A DNA stretch of 64,000 bases. Origin: Monocercomonoides exilis PA203 (lineage: Eukaryota > Protista > Preaxostyla). The notes below the pieces were generated by a model. That model searched no databases, was not told where the DNA came from, and worked only from the letters and a program-made list of their open reading frames with translations. Of the stretch, positions 47,901 through 61,899 are shown one piece after another; position 1 is the stretch's first letter; every line of letters begins with the position of its first letter. The position numbers and the translations under genes were made by a program. The DNA lies in contig LSRY02000001.1 in NCBI GenBank assembly GCA_001643675.2, positions 1 to 64,000 of the forward strand, in the 5' to 3' direction.

Positions 47901-50900
47901 AACATCAACATCTTTTTCTTCTTCCTCTTCAATTTCTCCTCTCATTCGAAAGTCAGCATTTCTCACAACACAACCACAAAACTCACCAATCAGTCAAGAT
48001 TCACAGCCTAAAACCAACAATTCTTCTTCTTCTTCTTCTTCTTCTTCTTCTTCTTCTTCTTCTTCTTCTTCTTCTTCTTCTTCTTCTTCTTCTTCTTCTT
48101 CTTCTTCTTCTTCTTCTTCTTCTTCTTCTTCTTCTTCTTCTTCTTCTTCTTCTTCTTCTTCTTCTTCTTCTTCTTCTTCTTCTTCTTCTTCTTCTTCTTC
48201 TTCTTCTTCTTCTTCCTTTTCTTTGTCTTCTTCTTTGTCTGCTTTGCCATCATCTCAGTTTGCAGCATCGCCTTCTCTCAACTCTCCTGTTTGCACATCA
48301 TCTTCTGCCTCTCCTCAAACAACCTCATCTCTTTCATCTTCTGACTCTTCTCATTCTTCTTCCTCTTCACCTTCTTCCTCCTCTTCCCTCTCTTCTTCTT
48401 CTCATTCATTTGATTTATCTTCTTCTTCATCTTCCACTTCCTCTTCCTCCTCTTCCTCCTCTTCTCCTTCTCCTTCTTCCTCTTTCATAGACATCTCTTC
48501 CTTCTGTGCATATTCTGAGTCTGTTGGCCCTCGTGCCACACAAGAAGACTCCATCACATTCGTCCCCTTCGTCTTGTGCTCTGCTACTGTCTCAAACATT
48601 CACAGGGGAATGGCAAAATATGATTGTTCTTCTCCATTAAATGATGCTTCTTCTTCCTCCTCTTCCTCCTCCTCCTCCTCCTCCTCTTCTTCTTCTTCTT
48701 CTTCTAATTCATCTTCAAATATTTTGAGTTGTTCTTGTTTGCCTGACAAGAACACTCAACACTCTCAAACATCACAAGATTTCTCTCCTTTCTTCATCAC
48801 TCTCACTTCATTGGCTCCTTCCTCTTCTCCTTCTTCCTCTCCTTCTTCTTCCTCTTTATCATTTTCTTCTTCTTTTACTTCTTTTTCTGTTATCCTTCCT
48901 CTTCCTCCATTCACTCTGACACATCAGCATTTCTCTAATCTCTCATACAACACTCTCTCTTCTGCTCCTTCTCAGTCTAAACAGCCTTCTTCTCAACAAA
49001 ATGCCTCTTCAAAGAAATCTCGCTCTTCTTCTATTTCTTCTTCTCTATCTTCTCCTTCTTCTTCTCCATATTCTCCTTCTCCTTCCACTCCCTTCAACCC
49101 CCGCTGCTCCTCCAACACAACCCATCCTCCTCCTCTTCCTCCCCCTCTCTCTCTTCCTCCTTCTCTTCCTCTCTCTCATTCTCCTTCTCTCAAGTCTTCC
49201 TTCTTCACCAGCTGTGATATCTTCCCTGACTCCACCATCAAATCCATCATAAACACACAAAGACAAATTTATTGGTCTTTTCTGCTTTCTTCTCGCTGTG
49301 CTGACAGCCTTCTTTCTGTCTGCCTCGCCATCATCGCAAAGGAATGTCATCCTCCTCTCCCTGGACTCAGTCAAAAGCCACCTTTTTTGATCGAAGCTGA
49401 AAGAATTAACAGAAATGATACTCAAAACTTGAAAATTTCATCAAAATATGACAATATTAATCAAACAAGCTCTTCTTTTATTCCACCATTTTTCACCATT
49501 CTTCCTCATTTTGCGTGTGCCATTCTGCATTTCTGGTCAGGCAGCTCATTTTCAAAGCCAATTGCTGAAATCGAAGAGTATTGCAATGCTTTGCTATCAT
49601 CATCATGTTCATCATCAACTAATAATACCTCAGATTCTTCTACTCCTTCTTCCTCTTCTTTCCCTTCTTCCTCTTCCACTTCTTCCTCCTCAGACGTCCC
49701 AGCCTCTTCCTCCCCTGTCCATTTCCCTTCCAACACGACTGCATTCTCCTCTGCCTATCCCTTCCTGTCTCATCCTCTTCCTCCTCCGCCTCTTCCTTCC
49801 CTCGGCTTTTATGCTGTTTGCGATGGGCATAACACTCATTTGTGTGCTGAACAGCTCTCTCGTCTGCTTCTTCCTTCGTTCATTCAGTCATTTTATGAGT
49901 GTTTGTACTTCATAATCGAAGACAATGTATCAAAATGGGATGAAATTGTGAACGAACAAGAGAAATCTTCAACTTCTTCTTCTTCTTCTTTTGCAACAGT
50001 TCCTCCTTCTCCTCTCATTCCGAATAACACACAGACAGACAATGACTTCTCCTCTGCTTTAAACACTTCTTGCTCATCCAACAGCCCAATCAACATCATC
50101 CACAACTCACTCTCTCGTTCAAAGACGTTGCTGTCTTCTTCCTATTCGCAGCTGAAAAAGGAAGAATTTCCTGACTTTGATTGGAATCACATTGTTCCTT
50201 CTCCACAAAATGATAATCAATCTTCTTCTTCTTCTTCTTCTTCTTCTTCTTCTTCTTCTTCTTCTTCAACATCTTCTTCATTCCCCCTCTATTCCTCCTC
50301 TGATCCACTCTCTATCTACCCTCTCCTCGGCTGCTTCTCCTTCTCCACCATCATCCGCCCTCTCCAATCGCTCATCCTTCGCCACGCCTTCCGCATTGCC
50401 TCTTCCTCTCTCCGTGCCATCAACCCTGAAGGAGGCTCTGTCTGCTGCTGTGTCTTGCTCACCTCTCGCTTCATCTACAGCGCCCACGTCGGAGACTGCA
50501 GGGCAGTTGTGGTGAAGGAGCGAGTGGACTCATACAGACAGCGACTGGAGAGGAGGCGCATGGCACAGCTGAGAGAGAAAGTGGCTGTGGAGAATGGAGA
50601 GGAGGAAGACAGCGACGATGCTTATGATGAGAGTGGATGCTGTCCGGGTGATGAAATGATGCAGATGAAGATAGCTGATTTGTCATCACATGACTTGTCT
50701 GCATCTCATTCATCATCATCGTCATCTTCTTCTTCTACAACAGCATCATTATCTTCATCCTCTTCCTCAACGGATGTGATGATATCAAAGACTCCATCTC
50801 CAATTCCATCATCATCATCATCATCATCATCCTCTCTCCATGGGAGAGTGAAGACTGCAGAAGACTTGTCGTATTGTCTTCGTTCAGAAAGCGTTCCTTC

Positions 50901-53900
50901 TGCTCTTTCCCCTCCGATTACTCTGTCTGCTTCGTCTATTTCTCCCATCTCTCCTCCTCAGACAACACTGCCTGCCATCACTTTTGTGCCTCGAACGGTC
51001 TCAACTTACTCAGCAAGTGGAAATGGGCAAACATTCAATATGTCTTCTGTGGTGAATTCTTCAAATGCAACAATTTCTTCATCGTCGGCATCATCGTCGT
51101 CATCATCAGCTACAACTGCTTCTCATCCAACAAATGCATCGCTTACAAGTTCTTCTTCAACAAATATGTCAATCCAAACATATTCTCCTTCTTCCTCCTC
51201 CTCTTCTTCTTCTTCCACTCCTCCCCACCACCACATCATCAACTTCCGCCACTCGGTCTCTTCTCTTCCCTTCTGCTCTGTTGGCATCACCGCCGACCAC
51301 AAGCTGTACAATCACAATGAGATTACTCGCATCGTCACTGGGAATGGTGGCTGGATTTCCTCTCAAATGCGTCTGGAAGGCATATTGGCTGTTGCCAGGG
51401 CATTTGGAAACTACAAACTGCCTCGTCCAATCTGCGACCAGCCAGACATCAACGCAGTCGAGTATGATGGGAATGGAACGATACACAGCTTGTATGTGGA
51501 GTTCAACAGACAGATCAAAAGAGAAGGAAGGAAGAGAAGAAGCATCCGAAGAATGCAGATGCTGCTGAGGCCAAGGAAAAGACAGAACCATTGGGAAATG
51601 CTCAAAAGCAAGTCAGAACATGCTCCGTGTTCATCTGCTTCGAGCAAAGCAAATGAGTCATCATCATCATCATCATCATCATCTTCTTCTTCTTCTTCTT
51701 TCTCAACACGTATCAATAGTTCGTCTTCAATGAAGTGTGAAGAGCCATCTCTTTTCATCCCAAAGATTAGTTCACAGCCAAGTGGTTCGTCGTCTTCCTC
51801 TAATTCTGCCATTTCTTCTCCTCCGTTTCGAACAACAAGAGATGCCATCAAAGTCACAGCAGATGTTGCATCAAGCCAGCCAATCCAAAGTAATCAAAGC
51901 ACAGAACAGCCAAATGGAATGCAGCAGTATCAGAATCAGCAGCAATCAACACAATCAACACAATCATCGCCTATTAGTGTGTCTTCAACAGAAGCAAGAT
52001 ACATAGATCGGTATCTCATTATTGCCTGTGACGGGCTGTTTGATGTGGTGGACAATGCAGCGCTGGGTGTGCTTGTGCTTGGGATGGAAGAGAAGGAAAG
52101 AGGGCAGATTGAGAAGGAGGAGAAGGCAGTGAAAGAGGAGATTCTGATGCTGGAGAAGAAGAGGTGGGTAAAGAGAGCGCTTGCATTTCTGAAAGGAGGA
52201 GACAAATGTGACACAGCAAGCAACAAGGCAAAAGCAGAAAGACAAATGTTTTATTCTCAAAATGGAGATATTTCATCGCGTTCTCCGCTGTTTTGGCGGG
52301 CGTTCATTCATCTTCCACAGACACCCTGGTGGCAGCAGCTGCCTGAAATGCATGCTGACAGTGCAATTGTGGAGACTGTTGGATTCAATGCAAATGTGAG
52401 AGAGGCAGCTGCAATCAACAGAAGTCGTGTTTCGTTCAGTACATCGAAAGAGAGGAGCGAAAAGAGAGAATTGAAAGAGCTGCTGAGAAAACAGAGAAAC
52501 GAGTCAGAGGGAAATATGATGGCGAATGCAAATATGTTGTCAAATGCAAGCGCTTTTGCGAATGCCAACTCAGGTGTGAAGCCGAGGAGGGTTCCAAGCG
52601 ACAAGAAAGGAGCGAAAGATGCGATTGACGAGGAGTTTGAGACAATTGACACAGAAAACGAGGAAGACGACGGAAGCTTCGAAGGAGAATCAGTGATGCT
52701 GGTGAACAAGAGCGATGTGATCAGAGGAGATAACATTAAAGTGAAGGCAAATAAGAAGAGGAAAGGAGGAAATAGATTGCATTTCAATGGAAAAGACAGA
52801 AATGCTCAAAAGGAGACGAAAAAAGGAGGGCTGGCGTATAATCTGCGGAGATTTGTAAGCTTTTTGGACTCGACATTTGAACAATACAACATCAGCGACG
52901 AGTTTGATGGGAATGAAATAGATGAAGAATGCGAAAAAGAGAGCAGCGAGTCTTGCAATGGCAGTGGAAATTGCAGTGCTGATGGTGAAGGAGGAGAAGG
53001 TGAAGAAGAAGAAGATGGCTCTGAAGAAGGAGGAGCATCCAGTGACACCTCGTTGTTGTCATCGAGTGAAAGCAGCATTCAACTTTTGGACAAGTTCGAA
53101 ACAGTCGACAAAACATCAATTGATCAGCCTGCTTTTGAACAGAAGGCGAATAACCGCTCAAATCAGACTTCGACTTCATCCTCGCCTTCACAGTCGCATT
53201 CGCATTCGCCTTCTCCAGCTGCTTGCTTGCCAGATACAGGAAATAAAACAGTACTTTCTTCTTCTCCTCCTACTGCTCCTGCTTTGAATGTTTCTGCAAC
53301 TGCTACTTCTGGTGTTGTTCAACAGCCGCCTTCCACACTCCCTTCGATGACACCTTCGCCCAACTTTGCTTCGCATATGCCGCTGCGTCCGTTGCACACA
53401 CGTAATGCTTCATTTCCACTTGTTAAACAGTCACCACCACCCCCTCCTCCACCCCCGCCACCACCTCCTCTTCCTTCTCTTCCACAAAGTACTGTTGATT
53501 CTAACGTGAATAAAAGATTGCCTGCGTCTCCTTTTGAATCAGTTACTTTGCCTTCTTCTTCTTCTTCTTCTTCTACAACTACTTTGACCTCTGTTAGCTC
53601 GTCATTGCCTCAACCGCCTCCATCCCAGCAATCCCCACCTTCCCTCGATATTTCTCCTTCTCCTCCTTCCTCTTTCATTCCAACGCCTCCCAAACAGCAG
53701 GAGCTTCCACTGTGCACAGATAGACAGCTTCTGGCAAAGCCATCCCAAACACAGCCAGCAACGAGAGTCTCTTCATTCAGAGGGAATGTTCCTCATCGTG
53801 CGTATGTCTGCCCATTGAGCTTGTCTGCTTATCCGTCGAGTGCAGCAGCGATCGCAGCGAAGCTGAAGGCAGCAGCAAATGCATTGGACACAGCAGACAA

Positions 53901-53931
53901 CACAACAGTGATTGTGTTGAGGTTGTCTTAA
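41988..53931 (+). CDS. Giant LRR + PP2C/PPM phosphatase (PHLPP-like architecture) with large Ser/Pro-rich insertions; 3 short 5' introns
   Basis: Starts MGNLEAKS. Introns ~42110-42192, 42362-42422 and 42536-42608. Many LxxLDLSxNxL repeats. PPM motifs GPRATQEDS, AVCDGH, AHVGDCRAV, TADHK, GILAVARAFGN, IIACDGLFDV and ADNTTVIVL. Confidence 0.9.
48022..48213 (+). repeat. Pure (TCT)64 coding microsatellite (poly-Ser)
   Basis: 192 nt of uninterrupted TCT, in frame. Confidence 0.95.
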
Positions 53932-55279
53932 TGGAGTTATTCAGTTGATTTACAAGCATTCATTCATGTGCTTATGCTCAAGGAAAATGATTAAAGTTTT
54001 ATTTTTTTGATTGTTTTTTTGATTGTTTTTGATTGTGCCTTGTTTTGATAAGTGATATTGAGTGTTGTTTTGTTGAGTGTTCTAGGAAATACTGATATAT
54101 TTGCTTAAATATGTTTTATAACTTATTAATTTACGAGTTTGAAATCATTTTTTAATTTGTGTTGACTTCTTATTGAATGAAGTTAGTTAACGTCTTTTTT
54201 GATTTTTTCTTTCAAATTTTTGTTTCGTTTTTTTGACTTCGTTTATTGGCAAAGCTTGTTGAATAAATATTGTTTTTGTCTGTATTTTATTAGCCTGGTG
54301 GTGTAAAGCCATCTTTTGTATTTTCCGAAACGTTTAGTTATTTCTGCACTTGAAGTGTTCTTTGAAATGATTTTTATTTTTAAAATTGACAATTCAATTG
54401 CTTTTGGAGATAGTAAATAATTTTGCGTTTGATATCCGCATTAAAAGTTTTGTAGCATTGATTCCTTGATTATTAGAAGACAGTTGCGAATTTCCTATCA
54501 ACCCGTTGTGATGAGCAAAAATTATTTTGAAGATGTTTCAAAAGGCGCAATGCATTAAAGATATTCATTTTTCAAAAATTCCAATTTTTCAACTTTATCA
54601 AACTATTTCTCTCTCTTCATTTTCAAAAGAGTTTCTAAGGAAGCACACTCTTCTTCATTCTTCTTCTTCACAAAAAGCAAATTATTGTTATTAACAACGG
54701 AGTTGAGAATTGATATTTAAATGAGAAGCTTTTTGCAACGATGCATAAATTCTCATAAAAAAACGGATAAATCAAATAATTCTTTTCTTTGAATGTGAAT
54801 GTGATATTTTTTGTTACAAATTGTTTTTGGTATAAATTAGAAAAAAGAATGAAATGCAATCCTATAGATGATGAATCAACATTGAAAAGACGCAATAAAG
54901 AATAAATAATTCACCTTTTGAACAAAGTTTCATGCATTGCACTTCTCGAATAAAGAGCTATCATAAAACAAAATAATAATTTTTTTCTCGGAAAAATTCA
55001 AAAATAAATGATAAAATAAACTTCAAGTTGCAAAATAAATGAGGTTAAAAAGAATTCATTGCAAAAAACAATATTTTTATCTATCAAACATGCACTCATA
55101 AATTAGACACGGAAATTAAAAAGTGAAATAGTAGCAACGAAAAAGAACAAAGACAAAAATGAATTTTTGAAATAGCAAGAATATAATAAAATAGATGGAG
55201 ATGGCTTATTAAATTGACACCGAACATGGCAATTCAATAAGAATATATCATCAATAATCGTCTTTCAAATGTTTACGTT

Positions 55280-56154
55280 TTATCTGCAATTCTTAAATGT
55301 GAAGCCACCACATCCAACAAGGATACAAACTATGCCAATCACCTATAAAACAATTGAAAATGTAAAATTTTCAGATTTTGTAAAATCCTTTGTTTCATTA
55401 TTTCTCAAAAAGATTACATACAAGAAGAACCATAATCACAATGAGCCATATCAACATGTTTTTATACCAAGGAGCCTTTTTCATTGTTGGATTATGACGC
55501 TGTGCTGAGCGAAGTGAGTCATCAACAAAAGGCGTTTTTTCAACCTGATCCACAAGAAGTTCACTTTTTTCGTGCCTTTGCAAAAGGCGATCTGAATCAT
55601 GAATTTGTTAAAAGCATATAACTCTTGAAAATAATTGTTCACATTGATACTCACACCTATGTTTTGAGCTACTGGTACTTTTGTTCCTCTAAGATCGTCT
55701 TTAGCCCTTTCAAGTCTTTCAGGAGAAAGTATTGAATAATCTGCCTATAAAAAAATAAAAAAATTTCATTTGTTTATTATATAATAGTCGAACATAAAAA
55801 TTTCGATAAACATACCATCATTTCCTTTAATAGCAACCCAAAATCTTGATATTGATATGAATTTATGTTTTCCAATGTTTGGCCATATCTATCAATAAAC
55901 CTTCGTTGAGCTCTAAGCAAAAACGAGAATGCAACTGTTTGACTAAAGTTATAGTCTGTGAGGCACATAAAACAAAGATATCCACTCACAACATAGTGAA
56001 ATGCATAATTATCGTATGTGTAACTCATCTTTCCTTCTTTATGTGCAACTTTTAAAAGTATTTTCCGTGCTATGGCTGACATGTTTCCAGTTTTCGCCAT
56101 CATCTCAACAAGAACATATGAGCCTTTTGAAACAAGTGCGTAAATTATTGGCAT
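55280..56154 (-). CDS. VAMP7: Longin R-SNARE, VAMP7-like; 4 exons
   Basis: Longin domain MPIIYALVSKGSYVLVE...KMSYTYDNYAFHY, SNARE half-motif NIDRLLQRHEKSELLVDQ, WYKN, TM and luminal CGGFTFKNC. Three GT-AG introns. Confidence 0.88.
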
Positions 56155-56630
56155 TTTTAATCTCAATATTATGGTTGCATCAATTCAAAAGTGTTCACAA
56201 TTGGTTTGTGATGCATGAATGAATATATATGTTTTTGAAATTATGAATTTTTTGATAACGAATTATCAGAAATATTAATACAGCATTTGAAACGTGAGAA
56301 CCGAAAAAAAAATAGTTGATTTGCAATTCTAATTTCTTATTCAGGGTTTCAATTTTTTGGTGATGAGTATTTGTAAGGTATCTTTTTTTATGTTTCATCA
56401 TTCTTTTATTCGAATTTTATGTCAAAAAAATATGTTTGAGACTATTCACAATTTTATTTGTTAATAAAAAAAGTGATTGAAATAATGATTATAATTCAAT
56501 TCTTATTATTTTTATCTCTGAGAGTTTAATATGCATTTTTCTTATTATTTTTTTAAACACATGAAAGGAATATTCTTATTCGATTCAGACAAAATCAGAG
56601 GTTATTTTGTTCCCATATTTAGAGCTGTTA

Positions 56631-58095
56631 ATGGAGACTTCAGCAAAATCAGAGGAGCCATTGACTCTTCGACAAAAATTCGAGCAAATATGTGCTGCAA
56701 ACGAATTATTAATGAACGAAAATGCTGTATGATTATGTTTATTATTTTATAAAGAGAGTTGGATAATATTATTTCTCAATTCATTTTCTTGTTTATTGAT
56801 AAAGTTACTGCAAGACACTTTATCAAGAATTCCACCAGAACAATTAAAGGCAAAGCCAACACAACAAAGGCAAAGATATGGTCGAGGACGTGAAAAAGAG
56901 AAACTTTTAACAATGCAACAAAAGCTTACTCTTGCAAATGCTGAGATTGACCGCCTGCAACATGAAATTGCAGATAGAAAAAAGAAAGTGGAAGGGCTTG
57001 TTGATTCCGCAAAAGCATCAATAGATGTATTCCAGGCACAACGCGCTGATATTCAAAAAGAAAGTTTTGAATTTAGGAAAAATGTTGTGGTTGAAGGAGT
57101 TAATGATGCCACTGGAATAGTTAAAGCTGAAAGAGTCATCAGCTATTTTGATACTATGTTTAAAGAAAAAACTACGTTAATAGGCGCACTGCAATTAAAA
57201 TATCAAGCCATGAAGCAAAAGCAGAAAAGGGCAACACAATTTGAGGCACAAAGTCGCGAAGCAGGTGAGTCTCTCGAAGAAATTGACTATGAACAACTTA
57301 AAATTGAAAACCAGTTGTTTCAGGAGAAAATTACTCAAAGAAACAGAGAATTGTTAACATTCAAATTAACAGCTGTATCTACTCAACAAACTTTAAATAA
57401 AAAAAAGGTATCAGAACAACATATAAATTTGGAGTTATTTAAAAGGATTCTTCTTTATGATCAAAATTAAAATATCTTATTTATTTATTTAGCGTGATCT
57501 GTCACAAGAGTTAAAAGATAAAGAATGGCTGCTGAAGGAGATTGAATCGAAAAAGCAATCTTTGACAAAAATTGACGAAGAATTGCGCCGTGCAATGAAA
57601 GAGCGCGATCATGCTTTGAATCTTAACAAGATTTTGACTGCAAGGCACACGGAAGGTGAGAGGCCGAGAGTTTTGGACTATATTAAGCAAAAAATGTTGG
57701 TGGGAGAAATGGAAAAGGCAGTTCAAACTTGGGAAAGAAAAGTTGAAATTGCTGAAAAGAATGAAATTCAGCGAAGAAGAAAAGAAAGAGAAAGAGAGAG
57801 AGGCAGCTTGTCTGGTTCGACTGTTGGAGTAATGTCTTCATCCAGAATGAGAGGCACAGACACACGAAGAGGTCTAATTACTGGTTCAACGGCTGGCTCC
57901 ATGGCATCTTCGAGATCGTCAACATACAGACAAGGCTACAGTAGTGGGTTTGGTGCTGGGATGGGGAGAGGAGGTGGTGGTGCTGGAGCTACAGCGAGGC
58001 AGTCTTCTCTGTCAATGTCTTCTGCTTCGCATCCCTCTTCCACTTCAGGTCAAAGGAGAGATCAAGAATCGGAAGCATTAAAAAGCACTGGATAA
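56631..58095 (+). CDS. CCDC113: CCDC113/CFAP263-like ciliary coiled-coil protein (DUF4201); introns ~56727-56803 and 57408-57492
   Basis: IDYEQLKIEN...RNRELL and VLDYIKQK...WERKVEIAE motifs. Predicted first exon METSAKSEEPLTLRQKFEQICAANELLMNENA. Confidence 0.8.
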
Positions 58096-58749
58096 AATAG
58101 AAACAAACTTTCTGGAGAAATGAAACAAATTAATTTGTAAAGTTCATGAATTTATGTTGGACTTTTTTAAAACCACCTCAAGTAATGTAATTTTTTTTTT
58201 CATACGTGATTTCATTTTTGTTTTCATAATATTTTCTCACTTCAATTTTTGATGGAAAAATTGCAAAATATAGAAATAATGAAAATATTTTTTTTTTTTA
58301 ATTAACATAATTGCTAACAATTGAGATGTTCTTCTAACTGGACAATATGCGGGGAAATAAAAATTTAACAACAGTTTTTGTTCGCTTTATAAAAACTTTA
58401 TTTGTTTTTATTTTCAAACACTTTCTCTGTGAATTTGTGTAATTTTAATTAATGGAACATCATTTTTTAACATTTATTCTACATTGAAATGTGTTGTTCC
58501 TTTTGAAAAGTCGCAAATGTTTAATAACCAGGTTAAATAAAAATGTAACTTATATGATTATTTTTTGCACTTAAATTAACAATCTCTCACATTTTGCAAA
58601 TTAGAATACATCAACCTATTTGATATGATAATAAGTGCATAGCGGAGAAATTTGATGGATTAACAGCAAAAAATGATGAAATAAGGAAAATTTTTATATA
58701 ACCAGGATCTTAAAGATTTGCAATTTTTCAAAAAGAATAACCCAGGTTT

Positions 58750-60350
58750 TATGATCATAACCCAAAAAAAAAATTGGAAAAGGAAGTTGTAAGGAAATCT
58801 TGTGCGGGTCAGCAAAAGCTACTGGAGGCAATGCCATCGTTCACATACTTGCAAATACAAAATCCACTGAAGCGAATGGTGCATATTGTGAATGATGGAG
58901 CTGTATATATGGTGTATGCGAACAACGGCATATAATTCAGCGAAATTCGAATAAAGCGTGCGTTGAAGGCTGTTCGGCAAGGATGACTAGTTTCTTAAAT
59001 TGGAAGACCAGATGTGGTCATTGGCGAAAAAGAGCAAAAAGTGCTGGACGAAATCAAAATAGAATCACTGTCTGGAGCAAGCTTAACCATCAAGAAAATG
59101 TGTGAATTGGTTTGCATAAATATTCTTTGAAATGTATTAGTTAATATTAATTTGATTGAAAACGTTGTTAATGATTTGAAACCAGAAAACACGCCAGATG
59201 TAGAAGTTTCTTCGTCAGTTGCCTACGATTTCATCAAACAACATTCAGAGCTGAAGACATCAAAACCAAAAATTGTTGAAGCGTACAGGCTTGCGGTGTC
59301 ATGCCAACAAGTTCTAAAGCCCTGGTGTGATATGCTCAATGGATTGCATTAAACAAATAATTACAATAACGCACTGATTTTCAACGAAGACGAGTCTTCA
59401 CCCAGGGTTCCCGACAGCTCCAATCGGAATATTGTTCATCCAGCTAATGCAAAACCCAATTTCGCTAAATCTGATGAACGAATGGAAAATTCGACTTTGA
59501 TTGCAGAGGTTCCAGCTGATGGTCAATCACTTTTTTCAGTGATTCTGCAACCGAGTCTCAAACTTCCTGATGATTTGAAGCCTCTTCAATCTTCAAAACT
59601 TGAAATACGGCAGAACATATGCGGATGGATGGAATTTTCAACGTTTGGAAAATATTCACTCACAATTCTTCTCCCTTCAATCAAAGAAAGAAGATAACTC
59701 ATATCACTCGATGAAAAAAACTGCTTTCTTCTTATTGATTCCCACATTTCTCGAGCTGATCCAACAATCTGGCGAGGGTTCAAAAAAGTAAATGTGGATG
59801 TTGTGATTTTCATCCCTCACAGCACGCACATCTGCCAGCCACTTGACAGAGTCGAATTTTCCGTTCTGAAGTTTGAGATGAGTTCTCAGTACGAAGCACC
59901 TTTATCTTCTTCTTCAACTGCGAAGAGAACAGATCTTGTGGAAGCTCTTCAATAATCAATTCATTCGGCGCAATCACCTTCGGTAATTAAAAGAGCACTC
60001 AAGTGCAGCAGCATGCTCAAGGACTCGTCTGGGCTAGTTCTGATGAAACTTCCTCAATCATCAACTCATCCACTTCCTTCTAATAAAAATCGATTTGACT
60101 TCCACAGCAAAGAAATTACTGAAGAAAAGTTACTAAATGAGTGGGATGATTATTAGAAAAAAATAAAAAATGCATTTATAAAAAGAAAACATTTTGTATA
60201 AAGAAAATGAGAAACAATGAATTTCACTGAAAAGCTGTTTAGAAAGATAAAAATACTTCAAGATGAAAAAGTTATTGAGAAAGAATTATATGATAAAATA
60301 GAACGAGGAAAGGGAAAAAGAAAAATCATTCGCAAATTTGATTCAAGTTA
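58750..60350 (+). pseudogene. pogo/Fot-like DDE_1 transposase pseudogene, same family as 18936-20522
   Basis: FNEDESS, CGWMEFSTF, LLIDSHISRADPTIW and THICQPLD. Colinear with the 18.9-20.5 kb copy; many stops. Confidence 0.85.
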
Positions 60351-60354
60351 TGAA

Positions 60355-60532
60355 TTTTGAGTTTTTATTTTCTTTTTTTCCCTTTCTTTCTAATTCTTTT
60401 CTTTTCTTTTCTTTTCTTTTTTCTTCACTTTTCTTTTCTTTTTCTTTCTTTTTCTTTTTCTTTTTCTTTTTTTTTCCTTTCTTTTCTTTTGTTTTTCTTT
60501 CATTTTCTTTTTTTCTTTTATATTTTATTTTT
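60355..60532 (+). repeat. (CTTTT)n-like pyrimidine low-complexity tract
   Basis: Direct reading. Confidence 0.85.
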
Positions 60533-61899
60533 ACGTCTGATCCAATTAATTAATAAATTTCAATAAGAAAAAAGGTTTCATGAATGTGTTTGAAGTGTTT
60601 GATTGCGTTCAATAGTGTGAACAAGAAAACAATGAATATTCATTAACTCTTCACATGTGATTAGGATATAATAAGTTATTTTGCAAAGAATAAATAAGAC
60701 AAGATTATTCTGAATCTTGTTTTACACACAAAAAGACAGAAATCAATAACATGTTTTTGAATCGAAATGTTTTTGATTTCATTATTTGCATTTGAAACTG
60801 AATAAATAAATCATTTTCAATTTTTATAGTGAGAAAAAGATCTATGGATATCAGTCCAAATCATAGAAAATAGTTGTCAAAAAATGAAAAAAAAACATTT
60901 TCAATAAATTAACATATGCAATTATGAACATTTGTTTCAATAAAATATTTATTTTTGCCTTGAATTGAAATTTTGAACTAATTAACTTCTTTTTTGATTT
61001 TGAATAACAATTTACGATACTGAATTAAACTGTTTCTATGTTGTTTTTTTTCTTTTTCGATTTCGAATTAACGTTTTTCGATCTTGAATAATTTTTTGTG
61101 TCCTTTTTCGAATTCGAATTATTTGATTAGGTTTCAAAATTTTCAATTCCGAAATCGAATTGTTATTCCTCAAATTAGTCTTCGTTTTTGTGTTTTTAAA
61201 AAATAAAAAAAAACGTTTAGAAAAAAAGTGAAGAATCAATTCCTTCTCTTGTTTTAGACACGCCACAATCTATGGGTCAGTCGCCCATTTGTGTGTTTTG
61301 GAGAATTGGATTAAAAATGCTTTGTGCTTACAAAACCAAAAAGCGCAATGAGAAGGAACAACAAAAACAAAGCGACTTTGTTAACAGAACTTAAAGAATG
61401 GGAGTGAAAACGGTGGTGGGCAAAGAGAAGGAATTGATTCTCCACTTTCTTTTTTAATTCAAATGCATAAGCACCTTATTTATCAAGAAAGTGTTTCATC
61501 AATTCCTTCTCTTGTTTGAGAGAATAAATTAGTTGGATGATGAAGCCATCATAACAACCACAGTGTGTGTCTTCTTTGCTGCATTGTTTTCTACCTCCTT
61601 TTTCACTTGTGATCTTGTTCGAATAATGAATTGTTCTTCAAGTGGTTTTTGTTCCTCCATCTCATTGTCAGGCTTATCCACTCTTGAAGGGAATTCAACA
61701 GTATTTTTTTCATTTTCATCACTCACAAAAGGCTTCATCAGGCGCTTCTAATCTTCAACATCATACTAGATTCCATTGATCGTCTCTCCTTTTTGTTCTT
61801 CTGGTCTCTTTCCTGCTTTGTACATGTCTTGCTTCCATCTTCTGCACACCGCTTGGTTGATAACTCTTCACGGGGAGTTTTCGTTATTGAAGCAATCAC

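Noticed and set aside
47810-48490. Poly-Leu and poly-Lys ORFs
   Set aside because: Alternative frames of the (TCT)n tract.
55653-55662. acacctatg resembling the Pack element terminus
   Set aside because: Short match at a VAMP7 exon/intron junction with no partner or TSD.
41687-58095. Non-canonical TAA/TAG=Gln code, known in some oxymonads, as the explanation for in-frame stops
   Set aside because: V-ATPase G, LRR-PP2C, VAMP7 and CCDC113 end at TAA at the expected positions, and the transposon stops include TGA and frameshifts.
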